A model generated the notes under the pieces. The model did no database searches. It was not told the DNA's origin and saw nothing but the letters and a program-made list of their open reading frames with translations. From Patescibacteria group bacterium (GTDB lineage Bacteria; Patescibacteriota; Minisyncoccia; UBA6257; 2-01-FULL-56-20): 64,000 nucleotides of DNA. The translations under genes and the position numbers were made by a program. This document shows positions 28,319-37,405 of the stretch, piece after piece. Each line of letters begins with the position of its first letter. The first letter of the stretch is position 1. Location: assembly GCA_038063755.1 (NCBI GenBank), contig JBBTUL010000011.1, positions 71,040-135,039 of the forward strand, given 5' to 3'.

Positions 28319-29713
28319 TCACGTCGAAAAAAGCGAGCCGAGAACCTCTCGCTTGAACTGATCTCCTCTATCTTTATAGCTTTTAAACATTCCGAAGCTC
28401 GCGCAGGCGGGAGAGAGCATCACAATGTCACCTGCGACAGCCTCCTTCCTTGCCACGTCAACAATCTCTGCCATCGACTTACATCCTTCTATAAATTTAA
28501 CTTCCCTCTTCTTTGTACGATCAATCGCCTCTTTTATTCTTTCCCACTCTTCGCCGATTCCGATAACTGCCTTTACCGATGCGTCGTTTTGGATAAGCTC
28601 GCCAAGCTCGCCGAAATCAGACCCCTTGTGCGACCCTCCCAAAATCATTATTTTTGGATAATTAAAAGCCTTAATCGCTGCAATCGCGCTTTCTGGTGTT
28701 GTCGAGAACGAGTCGTTTACGTATCGAACTCCGTCGATCTCGGCTATTAGCTCGAGCCGATGCGGCAATCCGCGGAAGCTCCTCAGGGTCGCAGCTATTA
28801 CTCTGGTTGAAACTCCGGCGCATTTTGCAGCCATCGTTGCGGCACAAACATTTTCTAGATTGTGCGACCCTGGCAGGAAAATTTCATTCGTGTCGACAAT
28901 CTTTTCTTCTTCGGCGTCGTTTCGCACAAAAACAGAATTGTCACGCACAAAACATCCCTCTCGAACCTCATCATTCCTGCTTACCCAATACTTTTTTCCG
29001 AAAGACTGATTTGCGATAAAAATGGAATTTTTAAAGTCCTGATTTGCGATAATAACATCGTTTGTCGATTGAAATTTTGCGATCGCTCCCTTCGCCTCTA
29101 CGTACTCCTCTTCGGTCACATGGTAGTCGAGGTGCTCGCTTGTTACCATAAGGACCACCGCAATGTTCGGACTTTTTGTTAAATCAATAAGCTGAAAGCT
29201 TGAAAGCTCACAGACCGAAACCGACTGCGCAGTAAGTTTTGGCAAAAGCGAAAGCATCGAAACTCCGATGTTCCCTCCGAGATAAACGTCCTTCCCTTCG
29301 CTTCGCAGCATTTCGGCGATGAGCGATGCGGTCGTTCCCTTCCCTTTTGTTCCGGTTACCCCAATCGTAAGCCCCTCCGCGTATTCAAAAAAGATTTTGG
29401 TTGAAGAAGTTATTTCGATTCCTTTCTCTCTCGTCGCCTTCAAGTAAGCTGCGCCGGAATGAACGCCGGGCGAACGGAATATAAAATCAAATCCGTCGAA
29501 ATTTTCAAACTTTCCGAAAACAACCGGAATGTCGAGAGATCTGCATTTTTTAATTGTCTCAGCATCGAGCAGCGCCTCTTCTTTCTCGTCAAAAACCGTT
29601 GGAATTGCTCCCTCTTCGAGAAGGAAAGAGGCGGCCTCGAGTCCGGCATCAACGCCCAAGCCCAAAACCGCAACCTTTTTCCCACTAAATTTTTCCTTTG
29701 GATCTCCTTTCAT
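28319..29713 (-). CDS. murD: UDP-N-acetylmuramoylalanine--D-glutamate ligase
   Basis: KKVAVLGLGVDAG N-terminus and the GTKGKGTTASLIAEML P-loop. Confidence 0.9.
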   Translation of the reverse strand: MKGDPKEKFSGKKVAVLGLGVDAGLEAASFLLEEGAIPTVFDEKEEALLDAETIKKCRSLDIPVVFGKFENFDGFDFIFRSPGVHSGAAYLKATREKGIEITSSTKIFFEYAEGLTIGVTGTKGKGTTASLIAEMLRSEGKDVYLGGNIGVSMLSLLPKLTAQSVSVCELSSFQLIDLTKSPNIAVVLMVTSEHLDYHVTEEEYVEAKGAIAKFQSTNDVIIANQDFKNSIFIANQSFGKKYWVSRNDEVREGCFVRDNSVFVRNDAEEEKIVDTNEIFLPGSHNLENVCAATMAAKCAGVSTRVIAATLRSFRGLPHRLELIAEIDGVRYVNDSFSTTPESAIAAIKAFNYPKIMILGGSHKGSDFGELGELIQNDASVKAVIGIGEEWERIKEAIDRTKKREVKFIEGCKSMAEIVDVARKEAVAGDIVMLSPACASFGMFKSYKDRGDQFKREVLGSLFST

Positions 29714-29741
29714 GATATAGAGTCAGCTTAAACCACAATCT

Positions 29742-29771
29742 AAAAAGAAAAAAGAACCCTTTCCGGGTTCT
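29742..29771 (-). terminator. rho-independent terminator (minus-strand sense)
   Basis: GAACCC-ggaaa-GGGTTC followed by TTTTTTCTTTTT on the minus strand. It lies ~390 nt downstream of the helicase-nuclease stop and just upstream of the murD start. Confidence 0.55.
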
Positions 29772-30157
29772 ATAGGAGCTGGATTCTTACGAGCTGCGCC
29801 AAATGGAATGTTGGAGAGACCTCCAAAACTGTCCCTACAACAAAAGTAACCACTTGAAAATAGCCGCCTCCCAGAGAGACTAGCCGCCCTGAAAATGAGC
29901 TGCTTCCTCCCCCGGGAAGAACTACTTCAACAAGGACCTTTTTTTCCTGCACTGTAAAACTGTTCAGCGCGTGCAGTTTTTCGATTCGAAGCGCGTCCTG
30001 TGCGAACTGCGAACGCGCATGCGCCATCCTAATCATTTTTAACGTTAGCGCGGCGGCTTCATGGTGCCGCGATTCGAAATCATAGCAACTTTTCGGCTCC
30101 ATCGCTCCTCCTTGTCGGTAATGCTATGAAGAATATAAGCGCGAACGGAAGAATTCG

Positions 30158-33133
30158 TCAAGCCCGCATCGTATCGCGCAGCGCACAATAGTTGCAATCT
30201 TTTCTTTCGCAACGCTTATCCCAAAAAGCTAAGCTTTTTATCTCATCGGCAACCCTAAGCACCGCTTGCTCAAGCTCTAAAACCTCTCCACTTTCGATTT
30301 CAAAAATTTCTTTCTTAAAGACACCCTTGTCGTTTGGCTCCGTAAAATCGATAACGCCAAATTTCATATTGAATTTCTTCTCTGGATAACGATCGAGAAG
30401 TAGTTTATAGAACACTAACTGCCGCTTATAGTCTCCTCCCGAATCGCCAACTTCTCCCGAAATCCAGTTCCGGCTTTCGGGTTTTTTTGTCTTGTAGTCA
30501 ACCACAAAAATGTTGCCTCCATCTTCGGAAAGCTCGATTTTATCAATTTTTCCGGTGATTTTGACATTGTCAGTCAGTATAATCCCGCGAACATTAAACT
30601 CAACAATGGCGTTGTAGTTCCATGTTTCCATGTTCGCTTCGACATACCGCGAAAAATTCTTTCTCCCTTTTTCTAAAAGTAGTTCTTTTTCGCGCTCGGA
30701 AAGCGGGTACTTACTAAGGTAAAAATTGAAACGCTCAATCACAAAGGGAATACCCGCTTCTTCCCCGCTTTTCTTTTTCTCAAAAAAACTCTGTAATGCT
30801 CCGTGTACGGCAATCCCATATATCTGTGCTTTTGAAGGAACGCTCGGGATCCGAATGAGGTTTTTGTAGAAATATTCCCACGGACAGCGAAGATAATTAT
30901 TAAGGTGCGTTGGCGAAAGTCCTCTTGTGAGGAATAGTTCGTTTAAAAATTCTTTTTCGGTGACGCTCGGAGCTTTTCTTTCGTTTTTTGCAAAAACAAT
31001 CTCCCTGCTTTTCTCAAATTCCTCTTCGTATGGAACGCCGTCCTCGATTCGAACAAGCTCCGCTCTTACTTCCTCTAAGAACTGGCTTGGAACGCGCTCT
31101 CGACCATTCGCATCCACCTTTGCAAAGGTGATACATGCTCCTTTTTTTGCACGAGTAAGGGCCATGTAGAACAAACGACGCTCGTCTTCGTTTTTTTCAA
31201 ACTCCTTTACGCTCGCGCTCGTTTTGAAGGGAAGCGCAAAATGATTGTGAGATTTTTTGTTTCCCCAGTGTCCGTCGGTTGCTCCGGCAACATAGACATA
31301 TTCGAATTCAAGCCCTTTCGCTCGATGGGCAGTCATGAGACGAACCGCCTGGAGCCCTCGCCTATGCCTCCCTTTTATAGAAACTCCGTGTTCCTCAAGA
31401 ATCACGAGATGGTCCATAAAATCCTTGAGCTTATAAAAACCGTTATCTCCTACAAGTCCCTTCGCTTCGCCGAAGAAAAGATCGAGTTTCTCCATTTTCT
31501 GGATCATTTCTTCTCCTTTTAGAACGTGCGCAAGAAAACCGGACTCTCGAACAATTTCCTCAAAAAGCCTAAGGAAGGGCTCATTTTCGCTCTTCACTTT
31601 CCACGCCCTCAGATTCTCCACGAACGAATGAACTGCGGGAATGTTCACGAACCTGTTCGCGTCATAATTCTTTCTAAAAAGCATATCAAAAATTGATTCG
31701 CCTCCTCTCGCATCACGCTCAACAAGAGTATAAATGTCGATTGGTTCAATTTCTAAGAAGTCAATGTGCAATGCTTTAATGAGATGTTCGTCGCTTCCAA
31801 AATTCATGACTGCAGCAAGAATCGCAATGAGCTTCTTTATGTCGGGATCGGAGAGCAGGTTTTCGTCTGATTCAACAACGTGAGGAATTCCCTTTTTTGC
31901 CAGAAAGTCTGCGATTGGGAACGCGTCTCGGTTTTCGCGATAAAGAATTGCAATTTCCTCCGGGGCAACTCCTTCGTCGATTTTTCTCGCAATATCTACC
32001 GCAAGAAAATATAATTCCGCTTCGGTCTTTTCGAAGGAGAGAAGCCGCAGGGGTGTCCCGGATTCTTTTTTCACAGAAAACAATGAGTGATGGATGGTGG
32101 CTTTATTGTGGGATATCAGGCTCTCTGCGGAATCAAGTATCGACTGTGTTGATCGATAGTTTGTGGTAAGACTCACAAGACTTGCAACCGGGTATTTGTT
32201 TTTGAAATAAAGAAAGTTCTCAAGACTCGCTCCTTGGAATCTGAAAATCGCTTGCTTTTCGTCGCCAACTACAAATAGATTCGGATTTTCTTGAAAACTT
32301 GCGATAAGTTCCAAAACTTTATTTTGTGCACCATTCGTGTCTTGATGCTCATCAACCAAAATATATTGATAGTTTTCCTGTATCTCAAGAAGAAACGCTT
32401 CGTTCTCTGAAAATGATCTTACGACTTCTAAGATCATATCTTCAAAATCATAAAGTTTTCGCAGCCGAAGTTCGTTTTGATACTCTCGGTAAGCGCTCGC
32501 CAATTCCTTATTTTTTTCGATGCTCACGAGCTTCTTTTGATACTCGCCTTTCATTTTTCCTTGGTGAGCACCCTTCTCGTGATAAAGGTCTGAAATTTTT
32601 CCAAATTCCTCTTTTTCGGTTTCGACCAATTCCTCGAAATCATTCGGTGAAATACCCTCATTTTTTATCGACCTGATTGCCGAGAGGATTGAAGGGATAT
32701 AGAAAAAACTGTCTCCGTAGGGGCGAAGATGCTCGGCCTCCATTCGAAGCACAACATCTCGCAAAATAGAGATCTGATCCACCGCAGTCGCGCTTCGCCC
32801 CCCGATTATTCCAGGGAAATACTCCGGATGGTCTCGGATGATTTTATTGCAAAATCCGTGAAACGTATGGATTGCAACGTAGTATCCCCGACTCCCAATA
32901 AGGGAAACAAGCCGCCGCCTCATATTTGCGGCAGCCGACTCGGTAAAAGTAAGGGCGAGGATGGCATCCGCCGGAGCTCCGGTTTGCTTTAAAATATTCG
33001 CTATTCGAAGGGTAAGAATCTGCGTTTTCCCCGTTCCTGGACCGGCAATGACCATAACCGGTCCCTCGATTGCGTCAACCGCCCGCTTCTGTTCCAGGTT
33101 AAGGCTTGTATATGCTTTTTCGAACGTTTCCAT
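30158..33133 (-). CDS. UvrD/PcrA-type helicase fused to a C-terminal RecB/Cas4-like PD-(D/E)XK nuclease (AddA/AdnB-like helicase-nuclease)
   Basis: Motif I VMVIAGPGTGKTQ, UvrD motifs throughout, and a C-terminal VVDYKT nuclease motif. Cys set LRCPWEY ... CERKDCNYC suggests an Fe-S nuclease domain. Confidence 0.8.
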   Translation of the reverse strand: METFEKAYTSLNLEQKRAVDAIEGPVMVIAGPGTGKTQILTLRIANILKQTGAPADAILALTFTESAAANMRRRLVSLIGSRGYYVAIHTFHGFCNKIIRDHPEYFPGIIGGRSATAVDQISILRDVVLRMEAEHLRPYGDSFFYIPSILSAIRSIKNEGISPNDFEELVETEKEEFGKISDLYHEKGAHQGKMKGEYQKKLVSIEKNKELASAYREYQNELRLRKLYDFEDMILEVVRSFSENEAFLLEIQENYQYILVDEHQDTNGAQNKVLELIASFQENPNLFVVGDEKQAIFRFQGASLENFLYFKNKYPVASLVSLTTNYRSTQSILDSAESLISHNKATIHHSLFSVKKESGTPLRLLSFEKTEAELYFLAVDIARKIDEGVAPEEIAILYRENRDAFPIADFLAKKGIPHVVESDENLLSDPDIKKLIAILAAVMNFGSDEHLIKALHIDFLEIEPIDIYTLVERDARGGESIFDMLFRKNYDANRFVNIPAVHSFVENLRAWKVKSENEPFLRLFEEIVRESGFLAHVLKGEEMIQKMEKLDLFFGEAKGLVGDNGFYKLKDFMDHLVILEEHGVSIKGRHRRGLQAVRLMTAHRAKGLEFEYVYVAGATDGHWGNKKSHNHFALPFKTSASVKEFEKNEDERRLFYMALTRAKKGACITFAKVDANGRERVPSQFLEEVRAELVRIEDGVPYEEEFEKSREIVFAKNERKAPSVTEKEFLNELFLTRGLSPTHLNNYLRCPWEYFYKNLIRIPSVPSKAQIYGIAVHGALQSFFEKKKSGEEAGIPFVIERFNFYLSKYPLSEREKELLLEKGRKNFSRYVEANMETWNYNAIVEFNVRGIILTDNVKITGKIDKIELSEDGGNIFVVDYKTKKPESRNWISGEVGDSGGDYKRQLVFYKLLLDRYPEKKFNMKFGVIDFTEPNDKGVFKKEIFEIESGEVLELEQAVLRVADEIKSLAFWDKRCERKDCNYCALRDTMRA

Positions 33134-33188
33134 GTTCTTCTTTTTTCACAGGATAACACACCGCGAAGCATCATGGTAAAATAATCCA

Positions 33189-34241
33189 ATGGAAACAGCA
33201 CTTCTTTCTTTCTTTTTCGCGGTTTTATTCATCGGTTTCTTGTATCTCGCATACATAGTACGAAAGAACACGAGCGAAAAGCCAAGAGATGATTCTCAGT
33301 CGATGCTGCTTCTGCAAAATCAGATAGCGGAACTCAATCGAACGCTCGACATGAAACTCCGAGAGACCGGCGACAGAGCCGAACGCCAATTCGGGGAAAG
33401 CGCCAAGATTATCAAGGACGTTACCGAGAGACTAACCAAGCTCGACGAAACAAACCGACAAGTGGTGAACTTCGCAGATCAGCTCCAGTCGCTCCAGGAC
33501 ATTTTAAAAAATCCGAAACAGCGCGGCGTTTTGGGCGAATACTACTTGGAGGCCCTTCTTAAAAATGTTCTTCCCCCGGGCTCATACCAGACACAGTATG
33601 AGTTTAAAGATGGAACTAAGGTTGACGCTGTTGTTTTCGTAAAGGACAAGATCATTCCGATCGACTCAAAGTTTTCTCTTGAAAACTACAACCGGATTGT
33701 TGAAGAACGAGATCCTACGGAGCGAGAACGCCTCGAAAAGGTTTTTAGGAATGACCTCAAGAACCGAATCGACGAAACATCGAAATATGTAAAGCCGGAT
33801 GAAGGAACGATGGAATTTGCCTTTATGTTTATTCCGCACGAGGCAATCTATTACGATCTTCTTGTGGCGCAGATCGGCGCAGTCAAAGTCTCGACTCGCG
33901 ATCTCATCGAATATGCCTTTCGAGACAAGCACGTCATCATTGTTTCCCCCACTTCATTCCTCGCTTATCTCCAAACCGTTCTCCAGGGCCTTAAGGCTCT
34001 CCAGATTGAAGAGTCGGCAAAGGAAATACGCAAAAACGTTGAACTTCTCGCGAGCCACTTAGTGAGCTATGAAGAATATATGCGAAAACTGGGAGGCCAT
34101 CTTGGAACCACAGTTACCGCCTATAATAACGCGTCGAAGGAATTCAAGAAGGTTGACAAGGACATTTTCAGAATCACCGACCGCGTACTTGAAGTTGAAT
34201 CAGCCGAACCCGAACTAGAAAAGCCGGAGCTAAGTCGGTAA
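33189..34241 (+). CDS. rmuC: DNA recombination protein RmuC
   Basis: N-terminal TM, a long coiled coil, GVLGEYYLEALLKNVLPPGSYQTQYEF and IDSKFSLENY RmuC core. Confidence 0.8.
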   Translation: METALLSFFFAVLFIGFLYLAYIVRKNTSEKPRDDSQSMLLLQNQIAELNRTLDMKLRETGDRAERQFGESAKIIKDVTERLTKLDETNRQVVNFADQLQSLQDILKNPKQRGVLGEYYLEALLKNVLPPGSYQTQYEFKDGTKVDAVVFVKDKIIPIDSKFSLENYNRIVEERDPTERERLEKVFRNDLKNRIDETSKYVKPDEGTMEFAFMFIPHEAIYYDLLVAQIGAVKVSTRDLIEYAFRDKHVIIVSPTSFLAYLQTVLQGLKALQIEESAKEIRKNVELLASHLVSYEEYMRKLGGHLGTTVTAYNNASKEFKKVDKDIFRITDRVLEVESAEPELEKPELSR

Positions 34242-34242
34242 C

Positions 34243-34268
34243 AAAAAGACCGAGGGGTTAGCTCGGTC
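34243..34268. terminator. bidirectional rho-independent terminator (rmuC / EEP nuclease)
   Basis: AAAAA-GACCGAG-gggttag-CTCGGTC, with T-rich sequence on the plus side and a T-run on the minus side. Confidence 0.6.
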
Positions 34269-34283
34269 ATATGATTTCTGCTT

Positions 34284-34991
34284 TTAGAGATCAATCTCGA
34301 CTGAAATCGCAAGGTGATCAGAGCCGCTGGGCGCCATCACCTGAAACGATCCGGGAACGACTCCGTCGTAAATATCACGACTTACGAAGATATAATCCAG
34401 TCGGGTATTGATCCCCCCCGGATTGCATCCGCTGCACCCTTCGGGATGCGCGCTCCAAGTCGGATTCGAATCGGGATCGGTGTCCCGCATGTGGTTGTTC
34501 ATTGCTGCAATCACTTCGCTTCCGGGGACTGCGTTGAAATCCCCCATCACAACCGTTCGCCTTCCTCGTGAGATCCGAAGAAGACGATGGGCCTGAACTA
34601 GCTGCGTATCCGAGAGCCTTTGATGCGTATGCAGAAGATGCGTACAATATACATGAAGGAGCGGCTCTCCATCACCATCTTCAATCCCTGCATAAACAGC
34701 TCTCCGCATGTCCTTTCGGGACAAAGGATAGCTACCTATGGGTCCAGTCCCTGGTAACCTAGAAAAAATCGCATTCCCCATCACCCTTCCGTCCTTAAGG
34801 GTCATGACCCCAGAACATACTCCATGCCTATATCCTTCCCCAATGAGGATGCGGCGAATATCCCTCTTCGGGTCATTCAGCATGACCTCTTGGAGAGCAA
34901 TCACATCCGCATTGCACGCCCTAAGCAACCTGGAAACTCCCTCGAAATCACAGTTGCACCAAATGTTCCAGGAGAAAAGCTTGATTCTCAT
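34284..34991 (-). CDS. endonuclease/exonuclease/phosphatase (EEP) family protein
   Basis: MRIKLFSWNIWCN ... ADVIALQEV N-terminal EEP motif. The C-terminus carries the SGSDH catalytic His region. Confidence 0.75.
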   Translation of the reverse strand: MRIKLFSWNIWCNCDFEGVSRLLRACNADVIALQEVMLNDPKRDIRRILIGEGYRHGVCSGVMTLKDGRVMGNAIFSRLPGTGPIGSYPLSRKDMRRAVYAGIEDGDGEPLLHVYCTHLLHTHQRLSDTQLVQAHRLLRISRGRRTVVMGDFNAVPGSEVIAAMNNHMRDTDPDSNPTWSAHPEGCSGCNPGGINTRLDYIFVSRDIYDGVVPGSFQVMAPSGSDHLAISVEIDL

Positions 34992-35058
34992 CGGCCTCTT
35001 CCTCCTTTAAATTACTTTCTCCAACGTACACTCTTTTTACAAATTCGTCAAGACAAAC

Positions 35059-35082
35059 AAAAAGACCGAGCGTAGCTCGGTC
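35059..35082 (-). terminator. rho-independent terminator (minus-strand sense)
   Basis: GACCGAGC-gta-GCTCGGTC, followed by TTTTT on the minus strand. Confidence 0.55.
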
Positions 35083-35269
35083 GAATGATGAAGTCCCGAA
35101 GGACATTATTGGAAGGTACGATCCCCTGCCTCGATGGGACGCATGGGGCACCCCGCCGGATGGCCAGGCATGGCCTGACGTTTGGTGTTACCCGGTGTTT
35201 CTTGGCTTCTCCGCACCGAGGCAGGGGTACTTATAATACTTACATCCGCAAATATCGTTGTCAAGAATC
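35083..35269. other. GC-rich structured non-coding element (candidate small RNA; strand and identity unresolved)
   Basis: GTACGATCCCCTGCCTCG (35117-35134) pairs with CGAGGCAGGGGTAC (35217-35230), enclosing ~80 nt. A further internal hairpin GGCCAGG-cat-GGCCTGAC is present. The element is much more GC-rich than flanking DNA and has no convincing ORF. Confidence 0.3.
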
Positions 35270-37024
35270 CTACCGCCTTCCTCCCTGCTCGCGCCAAAGA
35301 GCCGCGTAAAGCCCTTCTTTCGTGAGCAATTCCGTGTGACTCCCGCGCTCTACGATCCTTCCCTTCTCAAGAACATAAATCCGCTTCGCATGTTGAATGG
35401 TCGAAAGGCGGTGCGCTACAAGGATGGTGATTACGTTCGGGCGCGACACTTCGATATCTTGAATCGTTTTGGTGATGGCTTTTTCGGTAATGGAGTCAAG
35501 GCTCGATGTCGCTTCGTCGAAAATAATAAATTCGGGGCTTCGCAGAAGTGCTCGGGCAATCGCAAGACGCTGACGTTCTCCACCTGAAATCTTTATCCCT
35601 CCTTCGCCAATTCTTGTGTCAAGATCCTTTCCGCCGCGCTCTATAATCGCAAGTGCGGAAGCGAGTCGGAGCGCCTCTCGACATTCGTTATCGCTCGCAT
35701 CGGGGTTTACAAAAAGTAGATTTTCCCGGATTGTTCCTGCAAAAAGTTGTGTTTCCTGAGAAACAAGGCCGATTCGCTTTCGGAGCGCTGCGTAATCGAT
35801 CTCCGACGAATCGATTTTGTTTATAAAAATTTGTCCTTCCGTTGGTCGATATAAGCCGGCAAGGAGTTTTATCACGGTGCTCTTTCCCCCACCTGATGGA
35901 CCGACGAAAGCAATCACCTCTCCGTCTTTTGCTTCAAATGAAATTTCTTTTACGGATGGATCTTCATTCCCCTCGTAGGAGAAACTAACTTTTTTAAAGT
36001 TGATACTTTTAAGTGGTCCTGTATCTTTCGGACTATACGGCGCGTGCTCCGGCTCTTTTGTAAAAACTCCCTCAAGCTGCTCAAGGCTTGCCTTCGCCTC
36101 TTGAAACTGGGCTGTAACATTTCCGATTTCCGAGAGGGGGTTGAAAATGGCAAATGAATAAAAAAGTAACGAGAAGAATTCTCCGAGCGTTATCGATCCC
36201 CGAAAAACGAACCATAACATAAGAAGTAAGAGTCCTGAACGAAAAGCATTTATTGTAGTTCCCTGGATAAAGCTCATGGTCCGTATAAGACGAACCTTCT
36301 TGAGCTCAAGATCGAGTATCTTGTCGTTCACCGAATTCAGGCGCCCAATCTCCTGCCGCTCTAAGCCAAGGCTTTTCACCAGTTCAACGTTTCGCATGGT
36401 CTCAGTCGTTGATCCAGCAAGCTCTGCCGTTTCACGCACAACGGCCTTTTGGGCAGCTTTAATCTTTTTTGAAGTGAAAAAAGCAACAGTTCCAAGCACC
36501 GGAATCATGAGAAAATACATGAGTCCTATAATCCACTGAACGGTTGCCGCGTAAATAAGAACAAAGATAATTCCGATGAGAGCAAGGAAGAGATTGTTGA
36601 TCGAACTTGAGATAACACGCTCGCTGTCAGACCTTGCTTTTTGAAGTTTCTGAAGCAGCTCGCCGGATCGCTGATCTTCAAAAGCCACGTACGGAAGCGA
36701 AAAAGAATGCGCAACGCTTTCCGCGTACATCCTGGCTCCTACGCGCTGGGTTACCACGCTCACATAGTAATCCTGAAAGTTTTTCGCAATTCGCGAAATC
36801 AGAGCCACGCCCATTGAGGCAAGAAGCAAGAGAAGAACTCCCCGCAGAAAGTCTTCCCGCGAAAGTTCGTGAATTTTCTGCGCGTAGTCATCAATGATCA
36901 GACGAAAAATTTGCGGATCAAGAAGCGAGAAGCCCTGATTTATGGTTGCGAGAAAAAGCGCGAGAGTAAGGTATTTCTTGTTCCTCTTTAAGTATGAAAA
37001 TATAAGACGCATAGGTCCGGTCAT
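35270..37024 (-). CDS. ABC transporter, fused permease/ATP-binding protein (MsbA-like exporter)
   Basis: Six-TM N-domain, Walker A GPSGGGKST, signature ISGGERQRLAIARAL, Walker B IIFDEATSSLD. Confidence 0.85.
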   Translation of the reverse strand: MTGPMRLIFSYLKRNKKYLTLALFLATINQGFSLLDPQIFRLIIDDYAQKIHELSREDFLRGVLLLLLASMGVALISRIAKNFQDYYVSVVTQRVGARMYAESVAHSFSLPYVAFEDQRSGELLQKLQKARSDSERVISSSINNLFLALIGIIFVLIYAATVQWIIGLMYFLMIPVLGTVAFFTSKKIKAAQKAVVRETAELAGSTTETMRNVELVKSLGLERQEIGRLNSVNDKILDLELKKVRLIRTMSFIQGTTINAFRSGLLLLMLWFVFRGSITLGEFFSLLFYSFAIFNPLSEIGNVTAQFQEAKASLEQLEGVFTKEPEHAPYSPKDTGPLKSINFKKVSFSYEGNEDPSVKEISFEAKDGEVIAFVGPSGGGKSTVIKLLAGLYRPTEGQIFINKIDSSEIDYAALRKRIGLVSQETQLFAGTIRENLLFVNPDASDNECREALRLASALAIIERGGKDLDTRIGEGGIKISGGERQRLAIARALLRSPEFIIFDEATSSLDSITEKAITKTIQDIEVSRPNVITILVAHRLSTIQHAKRIYVLEKGRIVERGSHTELLTKEGLYAALWREQGGRR

Positions 37025-37043
37025 CTTAGCACAAAAATTACAA

Positions 37044-37067
37044 TAAAAAAGACCGGATGAATCCGGT
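37044..37067 (-). terminator. rho-independent terminator (minus-strand sense) immediately upstream of the ABC transporter start
   Basis: GACCGGA-ttca-TCCGGTC followed by TTTTTT on the minus strand, ~335 nt downstream of the exonuclease stop. Confidence 0.5.
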
Positions 37068-37405
37068 CGTCTAATAAATATTTCTTAAAAGCGGCGCGGC
37101 AGAGGTACGAAAAAGACCGCGAGACAGTCCGCCCAAAAATTACCATCGAAAAAGGCCTTTGCCTTTCGATATAAAGACACTGCCTCTTTCTCTGAAGTTT
37201 CTTTCCTGCAGAGCCTTCCTCCGATGAGACTCCTTCCTTCCTCGGACGAAGCGACGAGGAAAGAGTCTCCGTTAGAAAAAGAAACAATGCAATTTCCACC
37301 TGAAGGAATAACAGCCGAAGAAGACTCGATCATTCCACGCATTGTGTATCCTCCTCTAGTTGTGCCGAACTGTTTATACCGCAAACCGAACCGGTTCGTC
37401 AAGGC

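Noticed and set aside
29771-30157. Possible RNase P RNA, tmRNA or SRP RNA in the GC-rich gap upstream of murD
   Set aside because: On both strands I looked for the RNase P P4 strings (GGAAAGUCCGG / ACAGAACCCGGCUUA), the tmRNA tRNA-like 3' end and tag frame, and the SRP GGAA-tetraloop/AGCAGC motif. Only a partial GGAGGAAGCAGC resemblance turned up, and it folds as a simple hairpin. Not enough to call.
35083-35269. Calling this element bacterial SRP (4.5S) RNA
   Set aside because: Length and the long terminal stem fit. The conserved domain-IV sequence is absent in both orientations, so it is kept only as an unnamed structured element.
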